A stretch of DNA of 32,000 nt, from positions 450,001-482,000 of the forward strand of contig NZ_CP065581.1 of assembly GCF_018389705.1 (NCBI RefSeq), given 5' to 3'. Position numbers and translations under genes: made by a program. This DNA comes from Mycoplasma mycoides subsp. capri (GTDB lineage Bacteria; Bacillota_I; Bacilli_A; Mycoplasmatales; Mycoplasmataceae). The first letter of the stretch is position 1, and each line of letters begins with the position of its first letter. The notes beneath the pieces are model-generated. The model ran no database searches and had not been told where the DNA came from. It was given only the letters and a program-made list of their open reading frames with translations. Below, one piece after another: positions 9,294-17,851 of the stretch.

Positions 9294-9379
9294 GTTGAAA
9301 AAAAGTTTCAACCGCTCTTTTGTATGTTCTAAAGCAGTATATCTCACGTACATAGGCGAGTCTAGACTGGAGGAAAATA
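9294..9379 (+). promoter_or_regulatory. Structured 5' leader of rplU (possible L21-leader-type autoregulatory RNA)
   Basis: Hairpin GTTGAAA-AAAAG-TTTCAAC (9294-9312). The 10-bp palindrome AGTCTAGACT (9359-9368) directly abuts SD GGAGG (9369-9373). Confidence 0.35.
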
Positions 9380-9682
9380 ATGTTTGCAATCATCAAGACT
9401 GGTGGAAAACAAGTTAAAGTTGAACCAGGTCAAGAAATTTTTATTGAAAAAATCAAAGGTGAAGTTAATGACAAAGTTACATTTGATGAAATTTTAATGA
9501 TTGATGGTCAAATTGGAACACCAACTGTAGTTGGAGCTAAAGTTTTAGGAACTATCATCAAACAAGGTAAAGCAAAAAAAATCCGTGTTATAAGATATCA
9601 TCCAAAGAAAAATGTAAATAAAATTTATGGTCATAGACAACCTTATACAAAAGTAAAAATTGATGAAATTAGTGCTAAGTAA
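9380..9682 (+). CDS. rplU: 50S ribosomal protein L21
   Basis: MFAIIKTGGKQVKVEPGQ N-terminus, 100 aa. Confidence 0.95.
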   Translation: MFAIIKTGGKQVKVEPGQEIFIEKIKGEVNDKVTFDEILMIDGQIGTPTVVGAKVLGTIIKQGKAKKIRVIRYHPKKNVNKIYGHRQPYTKVKIDEISAK

Positions 9683-9684
9683 TT

Positions 9685-9999
9685 ATGGTAGATATCATAA
9701 TTAATTATAAAAATAATAAGATAATTCAATTTCAAATGAAAGGTCACGCTAATAGTGATGAATATGGTAAAGATTTAGTTTGTGCTGGTCTTACTGCTAT
9801 TGTTAGTGGCGCTTTAAATGCAATTGATTCTTATTATAAAAATGATGTAGATATTGAAGTTTTAAAAAATAAAATAACAATAATTGTAAAACAAGAAAAT
9901 AATAATAACTTACAACTAATGTTAGATATGTTAAAAATACAAATACAAACTATAACTATTCAATATCCTAAAAATGCAAGAATAAAGGAGGTGTCTTAG
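9685..9999 (+). CDS. prp: Ribosomal-processing cysteine protease Prp (YsxB family)
   Basis: Located between rplU and rpmA. Contains GHAN ... [11 protein letters not shown] (His/Cys dyad context). Confidence 0.85.
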
Positions 10000-10000
10000 A

Positions 10001-10282
10001 ATGCGTTTCTTATTAGGTTTACAATATTTTGCTTCTAAAAAAGGAGTTGGATCAACAAAAAATGGTCGTGATTCAGAATCAAAACGTTTAGGAGCTAAAA
10101 AATCTGATGGTCAATTCACTAATGCAGGTTCAATTATTTATAGACAAAGAGGAACTAAAATTCATCCTGGTTTAAATGTTGGACGTGGTGGAGATGATAC
10201 TTTATTTGCTTTAATTGCTGGTACAGTTAAATATGAAAAATTTGGAAAAAACCGTACTAGAGTAAGTGTTATTCCTAACTAA
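10001..10282 (+). CDS. rpmA: 50S ribosomal protein L27 with cleavable N-terminal extension
   Basis: [31 protein letters not shown]. The extension ending in F/A is the Prp substrate type. Confidence 0.95.
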
Positions 10283-10285
10283 TTT

Positions 10286-10313
10286 AAAGAACTCATATGA
10301 GTTCTTTTTTTTA
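10286..10313 (+). terminator. Intrinsic terminator after rpmA
   Basis: AAAGAACTCAT/ATGAGTTCTTT stem followed by a T-run. Confidence 0.75.
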
Positions 10314-10449
10314 TTAAATAAATCAAGTCAAGAGTAAAATAAGAAAAGATACTAGATTAGATATAATAATAGTATAAGGGCAGTAATAAATAGTTTTACA
10401 TCTCTTATTTTAAATTTTTATTAATAATAAAGAAAGGCAGTAGATATAT

Positions 10450-11337
10450 ATGAAAAACCTAAAAGGTGTGTTTGCTGCTTTATTGATACCATATAAAAGT
10501 GATGGTTCAATAGATGAGCAGGCATTAGAAAAGTTCATCGATTATAATATTGAAGTTTCAAATGTTGATGGACTTTATGTTAATGGATCAACAGGTGAAG
10601 CATTTCTACTTTCAAATTCTGAAAGAAAACGTATTTTAGAAATTGTTGCAAAACACGTTAATAAAAGAGTACCTCTAATTGCTCAAGTTGGTTCTTTAAA
10701 TATTTATGAATCAATTGAACAAGCAAAATTAGCTGAACAATTAGGTTATGATGCAATTAGTGCAGTTACTCCATTTTATTACAAATTTAATTTAGATCAA
10801 ATTCTAAATTATTATAAAGAAATTAAAAAATCAACTAGTTTACCTTTAATTGCATATTATATTCCAATATTATCTGGTGTTAATTTTTCACTTGAAGCAT
10901 TTGAAAAATTATTTGCTATTAATGGAATAATTGGTGTAAAATTCACAGCAACTGATTTATACACTCTAGAAAGAATTAAAGCAAAATTTCCTGATAAATT
11001 AGTATTTTATGGATTTGATGAACAACAATTATCTGCTTCAATTTATAATATTGATGGTGTAATTGGCTCAACTTTTAATGTTAATGCTAAAAAAGCTAAA
11101 AAGTTATTTGAATTAATTAAAAATGGACAAAACCAACAAGCTTTAGAATTACAAAAAGAAATTAATGATTTTATTGAAATAGTTTTAGCTAATGGGTTAT
11201 ATGCTATTTTAAAAGAAATTATTAGACAACATTATGATTTAAATGAAGTATTTTGTAGATTACCAATGACTCAAGTAATTTCTCAATATGCACTAAAAGC
11301 AAAAGAAATTAAAGATAAATATTTAACTGATATTTAG
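10450..11337 (+). CDS. nanA: N-acetylneuraminate lyase
   Basis: DHDPS/NAL family: YVNGSTGEAFLLS and GVKFTATD (Schiff-base Lys context). 295 aa. Confidence 0.88.
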   Translation: MKNLKGVFAALLIPYKSDGSIDEQALEKFIDYNIEVSNVDGLYVNGSTGEAFLLSNSERKRILEIVAKHVNKRVPLIAQVGSLNIYESIEQAKLAEQLGYDAISAVTPFYYKFNLDQILNYYKEIKKSTSLPLIAYYIPILSGVNFSLEAFEKLFAINGIIGVKFTATDLYTLERIKAKFPDKLVFYGFDEQQLSASIYNIDGVIGSTFNVNAKKAKKLFELIKNGQNQQALELQKEINDFIEIVLANGLYAILKEIIRQHYDLNEVFCRLPMTQVISQYALKAKEIKDKYLTDI

Positions 11338-11338
11338 T

Positions 11339-13042
11339 ATGAATAATTTAATATTTTTACAAAGTACATCTCAATCTACATCTAAATCATTTCACTGAGC
11401 TGATTATTTAGTATTAGTAATTTATTTATTATTTACACTAGGAATTGGTTTATACTTTCAATTTAAATCAAAATTACAAAAAGCTGAAAATACAGATGAA
11501 TATTTTAAAGCTGGAGGAAAAACTCCTGGTTGAGTAGCTGGTTTTTCAATTTATGCAACAACACTGTCAGCTATTACTTATATGGCTACACCAGCTAAAG
11601 CCTTTTCAACAGACTGATTATTTGCATTTGGAAACTTAACAATTTTTATAGCAACTCCTTTATTAATTAGATTTATCATTCCATTTTTTAAAAAATTAAA
11701 TGATGTTTCTGGGTATGGTTTTTTAGAAAAACGTTTTAGTTATTTTTTAAGAGTAGCTGCTAGTTTAATGTTTATTTTATTTCATGTTATTAGAGTTGGT
11801 TTAATTATTTATTTACCAACTATTGCTTTAACTGCAGTTACAAATATTAATCCTTATTTAATAGCTGTTATAATCGGAATATTTTGTGTAATTTCAACTG
11901 TTTTAGGTGGATTAAATGGAGTTATCTGATCTGATTTTATTCAAGCTGTTGTTTTAATAGGTGGGATTTTATTAGCAATTATTTTTGCTTTAATAAAAAT
12001 GCCAAATTTAAACGAAGTTAATAGTATTGTTATAAATAATCATAAACTATTAGCAAAAGAATCAATTATTCCTCAATCTTGAGCTAAACCTTGAATATTA
12101 ATTTTATTTTTTGGTCAATTGATTAATACATTTTATCAATACATAGGATCTCAAGATGTAGTTCAAAGATATCAGTCAAACCAAAGCTTTAAACAAGTTA
12201 AAAAAGGGTTATGAACTAATGCAATTCTATCTTTAATTACTATTTTATTATTTTATGGAATGGGTACATTATTATATGCATTTTATGTTCAAAAAACAGG
12301 TTTAACTAGTATAGATGAAATAATGAAAAATATTGGAATTAATGCAAATAACCAAATTTTACCTTATTTTATAGTAACAGTTTTACCAGTTGGTATTAGT
12401 GGATTAATTATTGCTGGAATTTATTCAGCATCAATGAGTACTATTTCTTCATCACTACACTCAGCTGCAACTTGTATTGTTGAAGATATTTTAATAAGAA
12501 TAAAACCAAATTTAAAAGATAAACAAAAAATGTATTGAGCAAAAGGTTTAATATTAGGAATTGGATTATTAGGAATAATTGCTGCTTTAGTTTTAATTGT
12601 TACTAAAGCTGATAACTTATTAGATCTATTTGCTGCAATTATTGGATTGTTTGGAACTTCAGTAACTGTAATTTATTTATTAGGTATTTTTACAAAAAGA
12701 ACTTCAAATACTGGAGCTATTTTAGGAGCAATTAGTTCATTTATTATAGTTTTTGTTATTTTTATAATAAATAAAACTACTAAAATAGCGATTTCAGATT
12801 TTTATGGAATTATTTTAGCTTTTATTATTGGATTATTAGTTGGATATTTATCAAGTTTTATTTTTAAAAACAAAAAATTAAATCAACTTGAAGGTTTAAC
12901 TGTACATACTTTTTCAAAACAAGACTTTAATAAAATGGTTGAAGATGGTGAAAAAGAATGACAAGAAATTAAAGCTAGTGAATCTCAATTTAAAAAAGAT
13001 TTAATTAATAAAATTAAAAATAAAAAGGTAGCTAAAAATTAG
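11339..13042 (+). CDS. Sodium:solute symporter family transporter (probable sialic acid transporter)
   Basis: ATG lies 1 nt after the nanA stop. I verified the frame through 9 TGA codons to TAG 13040-13042. 567 aa, at least 12 hydrophobic segments, SSS-like GG.TPGWVAGFS.YAT region. Confidence 0.8.
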
Positions 13043-13050
13043 GAGAAATT

Positions 13051-13500
13051 ATGATTTATGATAAGATTTCTAATTTAAATAGATATTTAAACCTTCATAA
13101 AAACATTGATTTTGCTATTAATTTTATTTTAAATAATAATTTAAAAGAACTTAAAGATGGAATTAATGTTATTAGTGATACTTTGTTTTATAACAAGTTT
13201 ATAACAAATACAATAGATATAAATAATGCAGTTTTTGAATCACATAAAAAATATTTAGATTTACATATTTTAATTAGTGGAGATGAATTTATTGGTCATG
13301 AATTTGTAGATGACTTAAATGAACAAGTTGAGTATAATTTAAAAGATGATGTATATTTATATAAAACAAAAACTAAAAAAACTATCTATCAAAATAACCA
13401 ATCATTTGCATTATTTTTTCCAACAGATGCCCATTCACCAAAAATCAAAGCTAACTCAGATCAAATTAATAAAGTAGTTTTTAAGATTTTATATGACTAA
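13051..13500 (+). CDS. YhcH/YjgK/YiaL (DUF386) family protein, sialic-acid-cluster associated
   Basis: FESHKKYLDLHILISGDE and FFPTDAHSP motifs. Its position matches yhcH in nan operons. Confidence 0.7.
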   Translation: MIYDKISNLNRYLNLHKNIDFAINFILNNNLKELKDGINVISDTLFYNKFITNTIDINNAVFESHKKYLDLHILISGDEFIGHEFVDDLNEQVEYNLKDDVYLYKTKTKKTIYQNNQSFALFFPTDAHSPKIKANSDQINKVVFKILYD

Positions 13501-14368
13501 TATAAAAAAATATTTATCTATTGATATTGGTGGAACTTCTATAAAATATGGGATCTTTAATGAAAATTTAAATCCTTTATTTACTAATAGTATTACAACT
13601 ATTCCAATAAAAGATGAGTTATTAAAACAAATAATAGATATTATTATTTCTAGTTTACCACTTGATGGAATAAGTATAGCAACTGCTGGAGTTGTTGATA
13701 AAAATGGAGTAATTAAATTTGCAAATCAAAATATAAAAGATTATTCTAATTTTGATTTAAAAACTTATATAAAAGATTTTTTAATTACTTATAAAAATTC
13801 AGTACCAATTGAAATTATTAATGATGCTAATAGTGCTAGTTATATTGAATATGTCAATAATAAAACTATTAAAAATAGTGTCACACTAACTTTAGGAACT
13901 GGAGTTGGAATGGGAATTATTTTAAATGGTGAATTATTTTTAGCAAATAATGGTATAGCTGGAGAAATTGGAGCTATTAAAAACTTTGATCAATATATTG
14001 ATACTGATTTATCTTGATCAAAGTTTATAAAAAAACTTAATCAAAATAAATATCATTATAATTCAAATGATATTTGAACTTTATATAATAAAAATGATTT
14101 TTATAAAACTGAAATTGAAAACTATTTAGATAAATTAGTTAATTTGTTATGTACAATATCATATATTTTATCTCCACAAATTATTTATTTAGGTGGTGGG
14201 TTTAGTTATTGTAGTGAGCAAATTTTAGAACTAATTAATAATAAATTTAAAAAAGAGTTTGTATTTTATGATATTAATCCAATTAATATAAAATACACTT
14301 CAAATAAAAATGATTCTGGACTTTTAGGAGTTTTACATTTATTAGTTGATAAACATTTTAAAAATTAG
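13493..14368 (+). CDS. nanK: ROK-family sugar kinase (probable N-acetylmannosamine kinase)
   Basis: LSIDIGGTSIKYGIF ATP-binding N-terminus and LGTGVGMGIILNG. 8-nt ATGACTAA overlap with the upstream gene. The two track ORFs are joined across 2 TGA codons. Confidence 0.8.
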
Positions 14369-14371
14369 ATT

Positions 14372-14401
14372 AAAACAACCTTTAATAGGTTGTTTTATAA
14401 T
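14372..14401 (+). promoter_or_regulatory. Stem-loop overlapping a TATAAT box between nanK and nanE (attenuator/internal promoter candidate)
   Basis: 9-bp perfect stem AAAACAACC/GGTTGTTTT with a 7-nt loop. TATAAT at 14396-14401. Confidence 0.35.
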
Positions 14402-14426
14402 GTTAGAACTAATTTAGAAAGGTATT

Positions 14427-15107
14427 ATGAATTTAATAGATCAAATAAAAAATACATTAATTATTTCTTGTCAAGCAGTTGATGATGAACCATTAAATGA
14501 TAGTTATGTATTAAGTAAAATGTGTTATGCATTAGTTTTAGGTGGTGCTAAAGTACTTAGATTAAGTCAAGTTGAACATATTAAAAAAATTAAAGAAGTT
14601 GTAAATGTTCCAATTATTGGATTGATTAAAAAACATTATGATAATAGTGAAGTGTTTATTACTCCAACAATTAAAGAAGTAGATCAACTAGTTGATTTAA
14701 AAGTAGATATTATTGCACTTGATGCTACTTTAAGAAAAAGACCAGATCAAGATTTAACAAATTTAATTAAAACAATTAAAACAAAATATCCTAATCAATT
14801 ATTAATGGCTGATTGTTCTAATATAAATGATGCTATTAATGCTCAAAATTTAGGATTTGATTTAATAAGTACAACTTTAAGAGGTTATACTAAAGATACT
14901 TTGAATCATAATAATATAGAAAATGATTATCAATTTTTAAAAGATTTAAAAAAAGTAATTACAAAACCAATTATTGCTGAAGGTGGAATATGAACTCCAC
15001 AACAAGCAAAAGAGATTTTAAATCTAGGAATTCATTCTGTTGTTGTTGGTTCTGCTATAACTAGATTACATTTAATAGTTAAATATTGAAATGATAATTT
15101 AAAATAA
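14427..15107 (+). CDS. nanE: N-acetylmannosamine-6-phosphate 2-epimerase
   Basis: IISCQA, IIALDAT, LMADCS, AEGGIW(TGA)TP and VVVGSAITR motifs. Extended past TGA 14991 and 15087 to TAA 15105-15107. Confidence 0.88.
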
Positions 15108-15262
15108 AGATTGTATAAACAAATATTTTTTAATGCTTATTTTTAATAGAACTATAGTGGATAATGATTTTTAAAATCAGTAGTTTTTAGTGATTTTATG
15201 TCTAAGTTGATAAATAATTATTAAAGTTGATTTGTTATATTATTATATTGGGAGTGTTTATT

Positions 15263-16612
15263 ATGAAAATTGATGAAAAAGAATTAATATCTAAATATTT
15301 CGATCAAGCTTTAAATGAAACAAAAAAAGTTGTCTCAATTCCTTCTTTTTTAACTGAACCAACAGCTGATGCTCCTTATGGAAAAGCTTGTAAAGAAGTA
15401 TTAGACTATGTAATTGATCTTGCTAATAATTTAGGTTTTCAAACTTATAAAGATAAAAATAATAAATATGGGTTTGTTGATTATGGAACTGGTGAAAAAT
15501 TATTTGTCATTTTAGCTCATTTAGATGTAGTTCCTCCAGGAAATATTGAACAATGAGTTACTGATCCTTTTACTCCAATCATTAAAGATAATAAATTAAT
15601 CGGAAGAGGAACTTTTGATGATAAAGGTCCAGCTATGATGAACTTATTTGCTTTAAAATATTTAAAAGACCATAATTATGTATCTTCAAAATATAAAATT
15701 AGATTAATTTTTGGATTAACTGAAGAAACTACTTGAGATTCAATTAAAACTTATGTTAATGATCATGGAGTTGCTGATTTAGGTTATACTCCAGATGGTG
15801 AATTTCCTGTAGTTTATGCTGAAAAATGAATTACAAATTTAGATATTATTTCAGATGAACCAACTGATATTCAAATTAGTGGTGGAGCTGCTTATAATGT
15901 AATTTGTGATACAGTTTCATATAAAGGACCAAAAATAAAAGAAATCCAAGACTATCTAATAAAAAACAACATAACTACTAAAATTGAAGATGATAAATTA
16001 ATTGTTCAAGGAAAAGCAGGACACGGAAGTTTACCTTGATATGGAGTTAATGCAGCAACTTGATTAGCTAAAAGTATGTATGAAAATAATGTTCATCATA
16101 AAATTACAGATTATTTAGCAACTAATGTGCATTTAGACTTTAATTTAAAAAATGTCTTTGGTGATATTTCAGATGAAACTGGTGAATTAACTCAAAACGT
16201 AGGACTTATTGAAATTAAAAATAAAAATTCTAGAATTGGATTAAACTTTAGAATTCCTGTATTTACTAACCCAACTCAAATATTTATCCCAACATTAACT
16301 AAATATTTAGAAAAAATTAACTTATCATTAGAAGTTAAAAAAATCGATAATAGTTTATATGTTCATCAAGAATCAGATTTAATTAAAAAAATTATGAGAG
16401 TTTATCAAGAAGTAACTCAAGACTATAAAGCAAAACCAATTGCTATTGGTGGAGGAACTTATGCTAAAGCTATGCCTAATGTTGTAGCTTTCGGTGCAGA
16501 ATTTGATATTGAGAACTCAACAATGCATGCTTATAATGAGTATGTTAAAATTGATGATCTAAAAAAGATGCTAGAAATTTATACTAAAGCCATTGTTTTA
16601 TTAACTGAATAA
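15263..16612 (+). CDS. pepV: M20-family dipeptidase (PepV-like)
   Basis: SD GGGAGTG before ATG 15263. ILAHLDVVPPG, GRGTFDDKGP and GGGTYA motifs. Frame verified across 6 TGA codons joining the two track ORFs. Confidence 0.88.
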
Positions 16613-16684
16613 TTTTTTGTCTAATATTTTTATATGTTTTATGTTATAAAAAAGTTAGTAACATAGATATAAAAAGGAAGAGAT

Positions 16685-17125
16685 ATGATGAAAAAATATT
16701 TATTTAACTTATTAACTATAATTTATATGTTTATGATCGTTATAATTGCAAATGAATCATTTGGTTATGGTCATAATGCTCAATTACACTTACTAGGTAG
16801 AATTAATCCTGCTTATGGTTTAGCTGTAAGTGGAATTGTTTTAAGTTCATTATTATTAGTTATTCCTTTTTTACTAACTTTTGTTAAACAAACTAGAAAA
16901 GTAGAAAAAATTTTATTTATAACTAATTTTGTAATTTTTGTTATTACTATAGTTTTATTATTTTTAGCAAGCATATTTTTTATGGTTAATAAAATAGGCA
17001 CTATTGGATCACATATTGGAATTATTGTTTTATATTTAACTGTAGTTGGTATAGTTTGTCAAAATTATTCTAATATTTTTAAAATTAAACTAAATAAAAA
17101 GAATAAACTAAATACAGATAAATAA
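16685..17125 (+). CDS. Small integral membrane protein (4 predicted TM helices)
   Basis: SD AAGGAAG. 146-aa uninterrupted ORF with four long hydrophobic stretches. Confidence 0.65.
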   Translation: MMKKYLFNLLTIIYMFMIVIIANESFGYGHNAQLHLLGRINPAYGLAVSGIVLSSLLLVIPFLLTFVKQTRKVEKILFITNFVIFVITIVLLFLASIFFMVNKIGTIGSHIGIIVLYLTVVGIVCQNYSNIFKIKLNKKNKLNTDK

Positions 17126-17148
17126 AATAATGATTATTAAGGAGAAAT

Positions 17149-17772
17149 ATGAGTAAAAAAGTTAGCATTATTTTAATAGCTGGTGGTAGTGCTAGTGGAA
17201 AAACAACTATTGCTAGTAAAATAGCTAATGAGATTTTAAAAGATAAATCTGTAGAACATATTTCAATGGATAATTACTATAAAGATTTTACTAACTTATC
17301 TTTAGAGCAAAGAAACCATATTAATTTTGATCACCCAAATTCAATTGATATTGATCTTTTAATTAAAGATTTAAAACAACTTTTAAAAAGACATGATATT
17401 TTTGTTCCAACTTATGATTATAAAAAACATATTAGAACAAATAAAGAAAAACTAATTAAAGCTAGTGATGTTATTATAGTTGATGGTATCTTTTCATTAC
17501 ATTTTGAAAAATTACGCGAACTTGGAGATATTAAAATATTTGTAAAAACTCCTGATGATTTAAGATTTATTAGAAGATTAGTCAGAGATATAAAAGAACG
17601 TAATAGAACTATTGAAAGTGTTATTGATCAATACTTAACTGATGTTAAACCTATGCATGATCTTTTTATAGAACAAACTATTGATTATGCAGATATTGTA
17701 ATACCATTTAAAAAAGGAAATGATGTAGCTATTGATATAGTTGCTTCAAAAATTAAAGACTTATTAAATTAA
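17149..17772 (+). CDS. udk: Uridine kinase
   Basis: P-loop IAGGSASGKTT, plus DNYY and FDHPNS motifs. 207 aa. Confidence 0.9.
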   Translation: MSKKVSIILIAGGSASGKTTIASKIANEILKDKSVEHISMDNYYKDFTNLSLEQRNHINFDHPNSIDIDLLIKDLKQLLKRHDIFVPTYDYKKHIRTNKEKLIKASDVIIVDGIFSLHFEKLRELGDIKIFVKTPDDLRFIRRLVRDIKERNRTIESVIDQYLTDVKPMHDLFIEQTIDYADIVIPFKKGNDVAIDIVASKIKDLLN

Positions 17773-17806
17773 AATTACTTAATAAAAAACAAAATAAGTA
17801 TTATTT

Positions 17807-17839
17807 AAAAAGCGTTACTAAAAAAAGTAACGCTTTTTT
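17807..17839. terminator. Bidirectional intrinsic terminator between convergent udk and the protease gene
   Basis: AGCGTTAC/GTAACGCT stem flanked by A4 upstream and T5 downstream. Confidence 0.7.
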
Positions 17840-17851
17840 ATATCTAAGTAT

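Noticed and set aside
15108-15262. 155-nt intergenic region upstream of pepV examined for a small RNA or riboswitch
   Set aside because: It contains only a short GATTTT-TAA-AAATC hairpin and AT-rich sequence. I recognised no conserved RNA motif and could not define a clear promoter.
16813-17001. 62-aa minus-strand ORF
   Set aside because: It lies entirely antisense within the well-supported membrane protein gene at 16685-17125. It has no SD and looks like an AT-rich chance ORF.
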